Assembly (NCBI GenBank): GCA_013239625.1
Contig: MU053934.1
Coordinates: 2,238,658-2,302,657 of the forward strand
Direction of reading: 5' to 3'
DNA from: Lama guanicoe
Taxonomy: Eukaryota
Length of the DNA: 64,000 nucleotides
The position numbers and the translations under genes were made by a program. The notes beneath the pieces were generated by a model, which had not been told where the DNA came from, did not search any database, and worked only from the letters and a program-made list of their open reading frames with translations. Of this stretch, positions 23,640 to 36,700 are shown one piece after another (positions within the stretch are counted from its first letter, which is position 1; each line of letters starts with the position of its first letter).

Positions 23640-25045
23640 CGTGCGTTGACTAGCCAGCTTCCAGGTGTGGCTAGAGCAAGGCTCTCTGGCGGGTGAGGTG
23701 GGCATCTCGGGTCCCGATGTCAAGTGTCTCCTCAAGGTCCTGGTCGATTCTCCAGACGTCCTGATCTCACGGTGGCACTTATCTCTTTACTCAGGTGTGA
23801 TGAATTCACGGGGTGATATCTGCAACTTTAAGAGCTGTTGGGGTGGATAATATAACTGAGTAGTGACCCCTCCAAGTGGGTTCAAGGAGCTCCTTTTTCC
23901 AATCTTTTACCCAGACTTGATCTCCAGGCTCATATGAGTGTAATGTTGTTGCCAGTGAGACTGGGATCCTGTCACTTACCCACCTACGGACTTTCTGCAT
24001 AGTCTTTTTGAGGCCCTGCATTTTCATATGAAGTTCTAAGCTTTCCACCTCTTTAATGTGTTTTCTTAGTATACTCCGGGGAGGGGATTTCCCATATAGG
24101 ATTTCAAAAGTGGAGAATCCCATCTTGGACCAAGGGGCATGGAGTACCCACTGGAGAGCCACGGGCAGAGTGTCAGTCCAAGGTAATTGAGTTTCTTGAC
24201 CAAGCTTTATCAAATCCTGCTTTAGGGTCTGGCCCATGCACTCTATCCCTCCTGAACTCTGGGGCTTGTTGGTCGCGTGTAGATTCCAGCAGATGTTTAA
24301 TGTTTTTGCAACTTGTTAACTATTTCCGCCACGAATGCAGGTCCATTGTCTGACCCTATGCTTAATGGCATCCCGAATCTGGGAATCATTTCTCTGAGTA
24401 AGGCCTTTGGTACTTCTCGTTTCCTCAGTCCGTGTTGGGTATGCTTCTACCCATCTTGAAAAGGTGCAGATAAAAACCAGCAAATAGTTGTATCCTCTGC
24501 TGGGCCCCATTTCTGTGAAACCCATTTCCATATCTTCAAAAGGAGCCTGGCCATAGGCACTGGATTCCTCTTGGTCCAGTTGACCCCTGTTGTGCATTGT
24601 TCTGGGCACATATGAGGCAGCGCTGTGAGACTGAGCTACAGAGGGATGGAAGTCAAAGGATCAGACAATACTGTTCCAGCACAGCCTCTAACGCAGTCTT
24701 TCCCAGGTGGGTGAGCTCATGTTGCTGAGGGAAGACCTGGTGGGCTAATCGTTCAGGTACATATACCCATTTGTCAGGCATCAACCACCATCCTTCCTTT
24801 CTGCTGCTTCCTCCTTTAGTTTTGGCCCATGAATTTTCCACTTGGCTGTAAGCTGGAGATGTTGGCAGCAGTTTGGGTGCTAGTCAAACCTTTGAGATGG
24901 CCCCAAGATCTCTGTCATTGCCTGATTGACTTGCCGCTTTTTGTGTAGCCTGATCTGCTAGTTGGTCTCTTCTGTTTATGGGGTCATTTCCTTTTTTGGT
25001 GTCCTTTACAGTGAATGGTTGACATCTCTCTGGGCTCCCAAATTG
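23640..25045 (-). pseudogene. pol: ERV pol remnant: RNase H C-terminus and integrase
   Basis: IHCKGHQK...[45 protein letters not shown]...LEPTWRGHYSVILSTPTALKV, in broken frames. Confidence 0.88.
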
Positions 25046-26109
25046 TCTCTCATAGAAGTCCATGGGGGACTCATCTGGCTTTCTGATCATGGTGGCCTTA
25101 GACACGTTGGCTGGTTTCTTTGCCCCGGCTCGCAACCCACGTAAGAGGGCTCTCCGATATGCCCGCAGAGCCTCCCATTCAGCATGGAAGTTAGATTTCC
25201 ATTCTGGTCTTGCATCTGGGGCTGCATTCCAGGCCCATTCCTCTGCATCCATGGTTCCCTCTGGGGCCTGCTCTTGTAGCCATTTTCTAGTTTCTGTTAT
25301 GATCCGCTTTCTTTCTTCAGTATTGAAGAGTGTCAGGAACAGCTGTTGAATGTCATCCCAAGTCGGCCGGTGGGTCTGGAAGATGGACTCCAGGAGGTAT
25401 TTCATGGCCTGGGGATTTTCTGATTATAGTTCAGGAGCTCCGTTGTACTGAAAGGCTAGTACTACAGGATGGAGCAACTAGGTTGTACGGAGCCATCATG
25501 GTTAACTTGCTGGGGCCCTTGGGTCTCCCGGAGAGGCATCCAGAGGGTGGCCGCTGGCTGGGCAGCCTGTAGGGCCAGATGGAGTTTCCTCCCCTTGGGC
25601 TCCCGGCACAGAGCCCGGGGCCGCCGTGGCGGTACAGGTGGCGGTGGACCATCCAGTAGAGGCAGCTGTGGCGGAACCGCAGAAGCAGGAGGAACACACG
25701 GCAGGGGTAGCATTGGCAGTTCTTCCAGGTTCCCCTGAAGGACTGGCCTCATTGCATCTTTCTTTTTTACCTTTAATGTCAGGACCACGAAGATCTTATA
25801 TTGTCCCTGACTATTTGTGTAGACCCGGACCCGTGGAGGCAAGGTTTGGTGATCGTTGGCCAAGAGTCAATATATAGGAATTGGTTGGGGTGCTCTGGGG
25901 GACATGGTGATTATCCGGTATTTGGCCCCAACAGCTGACAGGTCTAGCATGCATCCGGGGGCCACCCCACTCCAAAGGTGGGCCACTCTAACTCGCACAA
26001 CGTTTGCAATTTTCCTGGTGACAATTTAATCCCATAGTTTTCTGAGAAACCATTTCTAAAATTTTTAATTTTTACCCAGAACTGGGGGCTTTGATTCTGA
26101 GGCTCCCAT
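25046..26109 (-). pseudogene. gag: ERV gag remnant (matrix to capsid MHR)
   Basis: MGASESKPPVLGKIKNFRNGFSENYGIKLSPGKLQTLCELEWPTFGVGWPP from 26109; capsid segment IFQTHRPTWDDIQQL...KPDESPMDFYER. Confidence 0.88.
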
Positions 26110-27422
26110 TATTATTTGTTGACAGATTTTATGACCTATAGGTGTGGGTCTGCTCCTGGCACTGGGGACTGTGACCCCAGTATCTCTGTTTTTTTCCAGT
26201 CCTCATAACAGTGCAGTTCTCAAAAACCCCGCTGCCTCACGGGGCCTAATATCTATCTGCTTGGCTGCAAGTGCTGCCAGTGAGTTAGGGTTTCATGGTA
26301 GGAGGTGTCCCTGAGACTCCCCCAGGCCTGAATAAGCCCTTGGGGTCCCTGCAGAAAGTCTCTTCTATAGCCTAAATTGACAAAATATGAGGCGAGGATG
26401 GCCGGCCGGTGTCAGAATAAATGGGCCAAAGAAGGGGGCCTCAGTAGAGGATTCCAGCCAGTCCTGGGTTAGCGCCCTCTGGCTCAGGTCTTGTGGTCTT
26501 AATTTGAGACAGAGGGGTAGTATTGAGGCTGGTTTATTACTCACGACAGGAAATTCTGGGGAACTGGTGACAAGGTCGCATTTGAAACCTTTTAATGTAG
26601 TCTCATCGTAGTCCCCAAGGGCATAGGGGTGGTTTACTCACAGGCTGTTCTATGTCCCTTTCCCTCCCTGTGTAGCCACCCTGTGCCAGTGTCGCAAACG
26701 AGACAAAGGGAGGGTTTTCACTGCGTCAGCCTGGCCGCTCCCCTCGTGGAGGTGAAGGTGCCTCTTAGCTTTGGCGGGTCAGTATAAATCACTAAATCCG
26801 ATCAGTACCCCGAGCGGCTGATACCGCCCTGAGCCGTATGAGGTCACCACGGAACTGCAGGTTGGGACTCACCCAAACTCCAGAGCAGAATGCCCTGGAG
26901 CTACAAACACGAGCCTGATCACATGCTTTTCAGGCGACACACACACATACACACACAAACACACACACACAGAGATTACTTGCATATTTCCCTCCCGATC
27001 GTTGGAGCATCCGTATCCTAATCGGACCTGATCTCCCCATCCGGAATACCGTCAGACGGGGAGCATAACCTGGCCTCCCCGTCTGGAATACCATTAGACA
27101 AGGAGCCTGAAAGAAGTGATCAGTCTCCTCTTCTGCCCACTTGGACACAACCTGAACGCCCTAACCTATATATGGACAATTCCCAGGGCTCCTACCTTGT
27201 CCGGCTGTGTTGCTTCGTGAGTTGGTCTGTCCCTCCACTGAGTCTGGTTAGGGCACAGCCGCCCAGAGGACTGAATCACCTCCGTGAAGGGGGACCGGGA
27301 ATATTGCCGGGTGGCGCACCTCCTCGTTGGCTTTCAGAGTTCCCAACCTCCAGGGGGTTGCTCGACTGCCCCAGCGGCTCAAGGGGCCAGCATGGTCGGA
27401 ATCTCACTGGGGCCTCCAGAAA

Positions 27423-27981
27423 CGCTGCAGCAAAGTGTGTTGCAGCTCAGTTGTGACAGCAACCTGGATCCAGGTGAGAGACCAAACAGCACTCAGAGGG
27501 CCAGAGAACTCAGGTTTTTTATGCCAGTGGGCCCAGAGCAGTTAACACTCCAAGCTCTAGACCCCGTCTGTAGATTTACAGAGGATTTAATAGGATGCCA
27601 GTCTACACGTTGCAAGATCATATGCAAATAAGGTGTAACAAAGTTGACTAATTAGGAACGAGCTTTGTAGAAATGGACCAATCTGGAGTGATAGAAATGG
27701 ACCAATCAGGAGTGGTAGTAATGGACCAATCAGGAGTGGTAGAAGTGGACAAATCAGATGTGAACTCCATGCAAATGAAGCATTACAAATGAACCAATCA
27801 GGAGTTAGCTAAGGGAATCAATAGTATCTTAGCAGTAAGTTCCACTTTCCTAGAAGTAAACCGTTTCAGAGGCAAAAGGTGAGATAATGCTGCCGGGCCA
27901 GGGAAACAGATCATGCTGGCACAAGACTAATGGCCCTGCCTGGGGGTCCTGCAGGTCTTTTTCATGCGGCTTCCCACCTCA
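27423..27981 (-). repeat. 5' LTR of the provirus with a 24-bp CCAAT tandem array
   Basis: Four units of tagaaatggaccaatcaggagtg(a/g) at about 27668-27763. Confidence 0.92.
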
Positions 27982-28592
27982 GCAAGTGTCTGGGTGAGAT
28001 GTGAAGGTACCTTGAGGGAGGCTGTGTGCTCTCTGGCTGTCTCTCTCTGCCCCTCTGTTCAGGGCTGACACTGTCTCCTACCTGCAAAGAAGCCCTTCTG
28101 ATCCAAATCAGCCTGAGTGCCAAATGTCAGACATGGGCCCCAGGCACTGGACAGGGAACATATCTGAGCTCAGCCCAAGCCAGACTTGCATGGGCTTCCC
28201 CCAGGGGTGCCCATGTGGCCTGTGGGAACCAGGGTCTGAGGGAAATGACTGGATGGGAGGGTGGGAGCCCAGCGGGCAAGCAGGAGGAGTGATGGACAAC
28301 GTTTTCCCTTAAATCCTGGGAAAGAAGTTCCTGGGGAAGGGCAGTCAGGCACCCGGAGCCCAGGTGAGCCCAGCAGTCAACAAACAATGGCACAGTGAAT
28401 CAGTACATATTTATTGAACCCAACGCTATAGACCAGAAGGTGGGGAAAGCCAGAGGGGTCTGAAATATCTTGTCCCGCACCACCCCCAGCTGATGAAGAA
28501 ACTGAAACTCAGAGAGGCTGCATCTCTTGGCCCCATGCTTGTTGAAATCCTTCACACACCACAAAGTACCACGTCCTGCTGATGGCATCTGG

Positions 28593-28692
28593 TTTCCTTC
28601 CTTCCTTCCTTCCTTCCTTCCTTCCTTCATTCCTTCCTTCCGTCCTTCCTTCCTTCCTTTTCTTTCTTCCTTCCTTTCTTCCTTTCTTTCCT
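28593..28692. repeat. (TTCC)n/(TTTC)n microsatellite
   Basis: Seen directly; lies where the HSPE1 retrocopy poly(A) tail would be. Confidence 0.9.
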
Positions 28693-29168
28693 TGCATGTC
28701 ATTAGTTTATTATAAAGGAGATGTGGAAATTATTTCCACGATAAAAATGTGTCAGCACTTCAGAAACAGGCAGCTTCGTGTGATGCCATTTCCATAGTGA
28801 CATTTCAGTCCACATATTTTCCAAGAATGTCACCATCTCAAAATAAGGAATCATCCTTGTCATCTGTAACTACATTGCTGCCTCCATACTCTGGGAGAAG
28901 AACTTTATCTCCAACTTCCAGGCTAACTGCTTGTATCTCTCCACCCTTCCTTTAGAGCCCGATCCAGCAACTATTTTGGTTGCCTGTAACACGTTTCCAT
29001 GAGATTTTTCTGGAAGCCTAATGCCTCCTCTGCTTACAGTTTTGGCTGCAGTCCTTTCAACTAATACATGATCAAAGAGGGGAAGAAACTTTCTAAATGC
29101 CTGTCCTGTCATGACTCCAGCTGCCGCAGTTCAGACTCTGCTCTCCAGCTGCTGCTGCAAGGAGAAAC
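28693..29168 (-). pseudogene. HSPE1: Processed pseudogene of HSPE1 (10-kDa chaperonin)
   Basis: Intronless MTGQAFRKFLPLFDHVLVERTAAKTVSRGGIRLPEKS... from 29112; frameshift near 28950; remaining ...GDKVLLPEYGG...DGDILGKYVD* ends at 28805; UTRs and AATAAA near 28710. Confidence 0.93.
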
Positions 29169-29344
29169 CCTCAATTCCTTTCTGCCTTCCTTCCTTTCTT
29201 TCTTTTTTTCCCAAATCAACCTCTATTCCAACAGAGCATTTGAGGTTTCACAGGAACTGCCTTGGTCTCTCAGTGCACCGTGGTCCCAAAGGGCCCCAGG
29301 CAACTTGACAAATACTCCATCCATTAGATGGATGTCATCACAAC

Positions 29345-29382
29345 CATTACCACCACCACCACCACCACCACCACCATCACCA
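29345..29382. repeat. (CAC)n microsatellite
   Basis: Seen directly. Confidence 0.85.
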
Positions 29383-29862
29383 TAATCAAGACGTCACTGC
29401 CTAATTCAGATAAAAGTGCTGGGAGGAAAAGGCGTCTTGACAGTGGAAAATAGGGCTGGAGACCCCACCTGGGAAGATTCTCTTCTGGCAGGGACATCAC
29501 ACCCCGGGGAGGGGCGACAGAGGAGCCACTGCCGCCTCTCCCACAATCCAACAGTCCCAACTCTTTGACTTTCTCCCATTTGCAACTCTTTTGCATTTGC
29601 AGTCTTCTCATTGCTTGTTCCTCCAGCCTCTCTCTTTCTTCAGGCCCCCAGTGTCTTTTTTAGTTCATGATACATGGTTTTCCCCCTTTTCCCATCACTC
29701 TCTCGTCCCCCCTCCACCATTATTCCAGACTCCAAGCTCCCGTGTCTTTCACCATCTGCCACCTGTTTGAATCCCTACCCGGCTGCGCTCAGACCTAGAA
29801 ATGCCAAATTCCTTCACACCCAGGTCCATACGTTTTATTTGGCTCTTTTTCCCTCTCTAAAG

Positions 29863-30799
29863 CTAACTCTGCTTCTTGGCCCCACCTGGACCCCTGCTCC
29901 CTGGTCTGCTGTGTGGGGCAGGGGTGGGACACTGGCCCTGCTGCAGACTCTCATAGCTCCGGGTGAGCTCCTCCAACCTCTTCTCCAGCTCCCGGGCCCG
30001 CTGCCTTAGCTGTTCAGATAACTCTGCCTTTGCCCCATCATGCAGGTGCATTGCCTCTTTCACCAGGTAGCCCAGATCCATCACAAGGAGGGAGCCTGCG
30101 GAGGCCACAGCCAGGACCTGGGCTCCTTTGGCCATTGCCAGACCTGTGCCTTTAAGAACTTCCCTCAACTGCTTGCCACTTTGGTATGAGATCTGTCCTG
30201 TGGTCAGGAAACGTAGCAGATCTTCACGGAAACCAGGGTTGGCACTGACCAGCTTGATGGCAAGGATATTCATTTCAATGCGTTGCACGGCTTCTGTGAG
30301 TTTCTTTTCTGTGGAAACAATTCGGGGCGTGCTCTGCTGTAGAACCTCCTTGACCACTTTCCATTTCTCGATGGCAGGTGACATCAAACGATGGGCCACG
30401 ATTTCTGCTGATGACATGCTCTTGTGTTCCTTCACACTGGTACCCACACTGGTCACAGCAGCTGTGGCCCCCAGCCCTAACGCAGCTGCCGAGAGTGCCA
30501 GACTGACCCCCGCTGTCGCGGGGGCCAGAGTCAGGCCGGCAATGGTCAGGAGGCCAGACACCGCACCAGCAGAGGTGGCCGCCACCTTATAGATGGTATA
30601 GTCCCTGTGATCCTTGTCCACCTTGTCTGCAAGATCATGCAGCTTTCTTATGCTTTCCTCAAGCTTCCGTTTCACCCGAGGAAACCTTTTCAAAAACCTC
30701 TTTTTACTCAGCTGCTCCCTTAGCAGCATGTCTCGGTCGCTCAGGGCCAAGTCTGCATTCAGCTCGTTCAGGTATTCACGCAGTGTATCTGCCTCTTCC
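29863..30799 (-). CDS. APOL3: APOL-B terminal coding exon
   Basis: Acceptor ctgttacag|G at 30799, in frame with ORF 29863..30750. Confidence 0.93.
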
Positions 30800-33700
30800 C
30801 TGTAACAGAGAAGGTCAAGGGGTTAAGAAGGCAGTTTCGGGTTCCCTGTAAACTAGGCTCAACAAGATTTAACCTGGATACATCACAGAGATTTTACTAT
30901 AAACCAAAGAGATTTTCTATCGACATTATGCACATATCTTGTACATTGGAGAGGCTCTCTATACTTATTCAAACTCGGAATAAATAAGCAAAAGTCATCT
31001 TAGGATACTTTTACATGGTAGGTGTTTGGTAAGACACCTTCTGACTCAGAGGCGGGTCAACACCATCACCTCCAAGGTGCTTGTAGAGCGGGAGCTCCGC
31101 AGGTAAACACAGAGAAGTGGGACTGGAGCAGAGAAGCCCTCATTCAGAGAAGCGTAGGGTGCAGTGAGGAATCAACCAGCTGCTGCCCTTGGCTTAGGAA
31201 CGTGATTCCTAACCCCCTAGAATGTTCCGGTTGATGAGCGTGCCCTGGTTTCCCTGCACTTCTGACCACAGGGCCGTCTGCCAGGGTGATGGGTGATCGG
31301 CCTCTGGATCATGTTGTGTCAGTCCTGACCTCTGGGGGAACTGGACATGACGGCACTGGTCTGACCTCTGGGAGGGGCTGGAGACTCAGGTCAGCCGGGC
31401 GGGCAGCCTGTGATTGAGCCCCAGGAGGACCCTGTGCCCTGAGGCTCAGGGTGCCTCAGACTCTCTCCTTGACCCAAATTTGGTCAGGCCCTTCTGAGTC
31501 CTCTTCTCAACCAGGCCTCCACCTTCCCCTTGCCTGTCCTGTCCCCGATGGCCCCCATCACCCAGTCTCAGCAAGAACCCTGCTAAATCCACATAGTGAG
31601 TCTCCCTGACTCTGAGGTCTGATCGCCTTCGATATCTGATCCAATTCCTCATCTCCCACCTTTGATGCATGCGCCCTTGGCCTGCCTTTAGCGAGAATCC
31701 TGTTAGGAAAGATAAACAGGTATCCCCTCCCCTTGGTGTCTCCTCTCAGTAATTTTCCCTCCACCACCCCTCACTCTGCTCCTTGGCTGTAAACCGCCAG
31801 TGTCTGTGCTGTGTTCAGGCTTGAGCCCAGTGTGTCTGCTCCACAGCAATGGGCTTCACACCTGCCACCACAGTCCTGCGTGTACCCTGCTTTATCACGT
31901 TAAGGACTGTCAGGAGCATTTTGTTAAACACACTGGGCACCCTGGTTGGCACTGACCCGTGTGCCCTGAACACAGGACAGTAATGCGTCCTGAGGACAAG
32001 AGAAGCTTCATGTTTGAAACCCTCCCAGACTCTGCCCTGTGGCTGCTGGGAACCCGCATCCTTCCCTGTAGTGAACTGGACCTGGGAGTGTGCCAGCTGT
32101 CAGGGAGTTCTGTGCATCCTTCTCGGGAATTCTCCAACCGGAGGGTGGTTTGGGGCATCCTCCAAATTTGTCATCACTGTCAGGTGTAAGGACAATCTGG
32201 GGACTGTGCATTGAGACTTTGTAGTTTTGCTGACTCTGAGTACTTAGAATTTGTTTAAGAAACACTAAACTCACAGCTACAAGGGATGTTAATGATCACT
32301 GTCCCTGACCTATGCTCTCTTCCAAGCCTTATGCCCTTGACCTTCCCAGTTGAAGGTCGCTGGGTCCATTCACTTCCCCAACTGACTGGGAAGCAGGGGA
32401 GAGGCTATTAACTCTGGCTCCTCTTGGACTTTCCAGCTGACCTCACTGACTCCCAGCCCATCACCCAGCACCTCAGACCTCTCAGGTTTCACCAGCCTAA
32501 CTCACACCTTAGCTGTGACAGCTTCACATACCTGCACACCAAGGCCATGTGCAACTCGATGGTCGATGGACCCTCCAAAAGATTCAAGGGATCTTAGGAA
32601 ACAACTGTATGAATTGCTAAGCCTGAAAAGTTCTGTATGCATTTGGATGAGCTGATGGAGGAAATACATTCCTGTTTGGTGAGGACTTGACAGACTCCTC
32701 AGAAATCTGCAAACTACACAAAATTGGCAGCCACTCATTGTGGCAGTAGAGTCATCACTAAGCCACACTGCATTCAGACAGGTCACGCTACTCTATATAG
32801 GACAGAGGAGGGTCCCACATGGCAGTCAAGAACTCCCAGCTCTCAGGCAGCGTATGGAGGACAGAGTCACCCTGGGTCCTCTAAGCCCAGCACCAGGGGA
32901 TCAAGTCAGGGAGGGAAGAAATGTCCCGTCTCCCACTCACGGCACCTCTGCCAGCGTCACAGCCCCTTCAGCTCTGTGTCCCTCCCCTCACTCTCGTCCT
33001 GACCCACTTTCAGCACCTTCCAACTAGTCCCTCAGCCTGGACCCCTCTGCTCCATCCTCCGCACTCAGTTAGACCCTGGTCCAGGCCTCCCTGGACCTTT
33101 GCACGACATGCCTGCACTTGGTTCCCCACCTGTGACCCCGCTCTAAGGCCATCGCCACAGTCTGTCAGATTGAACTGCTTCTCCTTCTGTACCGATGACA
33201 AATCTGAGATCCAGGACATAAGCCCAGAGCCCCAGTGCTGGGCCAGGATAGAGCCAGGACCCAACCCAGCTCCGTCCAATTCCACCCTGGCCTCTCCACC
33301 CTAGGGGCCCCGGGTCCTGCAGTGTCTGCACAATTCCTAAGATGGGGATACCAGGTCTCCAGTCAGAAAGAACCCCCAGGACACAAGCTGACTCATCCCA
33401 AAGGAAGTCCTGCTCGGTTCTCATCTCCAGGAACAAGACCCTTGGAATTGGTCTCTTACCAACAAGCTTTTGCAAAGTTAACACGAACTGAGCACCTACT
33501 ACATGTCAGCCATTATGCTAAGCACTTGGCGTGTATTATCTCAGTTTCCTCACAGTAAAGTTGAACATGAAGAAACCAAGGCAGAGAATAGTTAAGTAAC
33601 TTGTCCAGGGTCAATAACCTGCCCCTTCCTTGCAGTTTCATCTCTTCTCAACCTGAGGCCATTCACCACCAGCAAATGACATGGAGGAAAAATTCCTCAT

Positions 33701-36700
33701 GGATTCTTGAGAAGGAACGTCTTTGACCCCTACCATCGGATACTGCCTGGAGGAGGTGTGCCTGCCAGGAGGAAACTAGGCAAGGGAGGGGGGTTTGGGT
33801 GACATCCCTGGGGCACCCATGCACGTCACCTGGACAAATCACAATAAAACATGAAGAAACCAAGGCAGAGATTAGTTAAGTAACTTGTCCGAGGTAATAA
33901 CCTGCCCCTTCCTTGCAGTTTCATCTCTTCTCAACCTGAGGCCATTCACCACCAGCAAATGACATGGAGGAAAAATTCCTCATGCATTCTTGAGAAGGAA
34001 CATCTTTGACCCCTACCATCGGATACTGCCTGGAGGAGGTGTGCCTGCCAGGAGGAAACTAGGCAAGGGAGGGGGGTTTGGGTGACATCCCTGGGGCACC
34101 CATGCACGTCACCTGGACAAGTTGCCCTCAGCCACAAATCTATTTAGGACTTCAGTCAGCAGCTGTGACAGTTCCTCTCTGCTCAGTATGTCCTGCAGAG
34201 ATTTGACAACAGCCTCAAAGAAGCTCTCGGGATCTAGATGGGAAGAGAGGAGAAAAAGATGAGAAGAAATTCTGGTGAAACTTAAATGGTGTTGAATATA
34301 AAGTGGTTACAGTTCATCTTCCTGAGCAGCGCTCCCCTGGGGAGCTGTTGGTGTAATCACCCAGCGCTATGGGCAGAAGTGGGTCCCCCCAAATTCATAT
34401 GTTCAAACCCTGGCCCCCTAAGTGATTGTATTTAAAGATAGGACCTTTAAGGAGGGAATTATGGCTACATGAGATCGTAAGTGTGGGGCCCCAATCCAAT
34501 AAGGTGGTGTCCTTATTAGAAGAGGAAGGGAAGCCAGTCTGTCTGTCTCTCTGCACATTGAGAAAAGCCTGTGTGAGAACAGGACCAGCCGGCCGCAGGC
34601 ACTGACACCCAGGAGTGAGGTCTCACCAGAAACCGACCCGCCACTTCCTCAGCCTTGTACTGTCAGGCTCCAGAACCATTTAAGGAATTCCTGGCATTTA
34701 GATGTGTTTCAGAAATGAAAAAATTTAATCCTTTAGACAGAAAATAAATACAGGGCGCATAGCATATGTTAGTCATCATTTACAGCAGAGTCTGGGCAGC
34801 AGCCTGTAAAGAAATGCATTTATGTTTTCACAGTGAAACAAGTGAATATTCACATTAAGGGACACAGAACGTAATGACTGTAAACTGCCTCAGGTCAGCA
34901 CAGGGCAAGATTACTGCCCACGTGAGTTACCAAAATCATGTGTGGTTTTCTGCAACCTGGTGGCTATGAAATTGCTGATAAGAGGCTGGGGACTTGTACG
35001 TGTTTAACTGTGGCATTGGACAGGATGGAAACTGCGCTTCGTGTTACGTTCCCACAAAGAGGAATTATTCCTACTTCATAGAAGAAGAAAGTGAGACTAG
35101 ACCGGGTAGTGACCGCCCAAGGCCAGCACGCAGAAAGCTCACAGGCTGAAACTCTCCGGTATTCTGATGACATTAGTTTCAAGACTCTACGTTTTAAACA
35201 CCCCTGTGATGTGTGCATTCTCCCCTACAGCGTATCTGTGGGGAGTCTGCAACTCGTTTTTGGCGGTGAGCACACTGCAGTGGCTACAGGAATAGAAATG
35301 TTGTGCACATGAAACTTATGTGATCTTATAAAGCGATGTGACTTCAATGTAAAAAAAGTCTCAGAATCCAGAGCATTGAGCCAAAGTACCAGGTGAGAGA
35401 CTCCTCCCGCGAGTCACAGACGCCAGGCCGGGCGGGGAGGGGCTTCCTCAGGGGCGTGAGGGGCGGGACCTCAGCTCTGAGCCTGTGATCCTTCCCTGTC
35501 ACCTCTCTCTCCCCCAGGCTGCTCCCAGGGGCACAGCTCCCACTGGCTCCACTGAGCCCAGCTGGCCCGTTTATACACAGGAGACCGTCTTGTTTCTGAG
35601 GAGAGCTGATCCTCAGGGCTCCCGCAGCCCGGCCTCCCTCACGGGCCCCAGGGCCGGCTGGGGGGCCCCTGGCTTCTACTCTGCGCCCCCTCCCTTATAT
35701 TTCCTCTTGGTTATTTTACTCCCCTGGGAAGCCCTGGGCAAGGTGTGAATCGGCTGCTTAGTGATGGGGGAAATGTAGTTCTTAGAAAACAGAAGTCAAG
35801 GAAACGCAGTGATGATTTCGGTGCATGGAGGGTTGCTCAGTTCTTTCTCTTTCCTGCGTCACTAAGGGTGAAAGGAAACCAGGGCTTCCGTGGGGGGAGC
35901 TCCCAGCACTGAATCTGTGTGTTGATTGATTGGGGTGAGGCGGGTGGGGAAATGCCTGAGCGCCTGGGTGTCTGCAGGGGGATCTGAGGGCAAAGGAATC
36001 ACTACCTGCCTGAGGCAGTCCCGCCTGGTTAACAGGTGCCCTGAGGGAACCTTCGGGGTGGGAGGTGAGAATTCTGGGGTGCAGGTAGGTTCCACCCACG
36101 ACAAACAGGGACAGCAACAATACTCAGGAGGACCTGCTCCGGGGCAGGCACTGGCCCAGCCACAGACCTATGTTATATTTGATCCTCAGAACAACATGTG
36201 GGAATATCATTCCCATTTTACGTGGGAGGTCAGGGACGGCGCTCCAGGTCACACAGGTGGCAGGTGGCAAAGGCCAGACTGTGGTTTTGTTCAGGGGTCC
36301 GCTGACCCTGGCAGAGTGGTGGGGCTGGCAGCAGGGCGACAGTGGAGAAAAGAGGTTAAACTGGTAACAGTCCAGCATCTGGGAGCAAGAGGAGCCTGGA
36401 CAAAGGGAGAGGGCAGAGAAGCCTCCAGGTTTGCTGGTCAACCTCCTCTCTGCACCCAGCCTGCATTGGGACGCCCCTCACTACTGTCACCCCTTTCCCA
36501 GGACTTCCGCTGCCCAACTCCTGAGCATCTGCTGTGCAGTGGGAGGGAAGGAGTGAGCACCTTGGCCGTGGCCCCTTGAGGAGAGGGCATTGAAGGAGCC
36601 TGTGGGCACAAATCCCGTAGTAGGGGGCCTCCCCTCAGCCCGTCATGGGGGCTCGGGGATGTTTGTCAACCCCTTCTTGGGTTTTAATACCTCTAGGTTA

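Larger units (their letters stand above)
21519..27981 (-). mobile_element. Class I ERV provirus with two LTRs, internally deleted and decayed (gag, remnant pol, env)
   Basis: 4-bp TSD GCAA (21515-21518 / 27982-27985); 5' LTR 27423-27981; PBS-Thr 27418-27401; polypurine tract next to 22043; 3' LTR 21519-22042. Confidence 0.93.

Noticed and set aside
27668..27763. 24-bp repeat array as CRISPR-like
   Set aside because: No spacers; it is an LTR U3 enhancer repeat in mammalian DNA.
28400..28797. Low-complexity ORFs (also 50665..51012)
   Set aside because: Translations of microsatellites.
35926..36579. 217-aa plus-strand ORF in an APOL-B intron
   Set aside because: Non-ATG start, no recognisable domain, and the frame is broken in the APOL-A paralogue.
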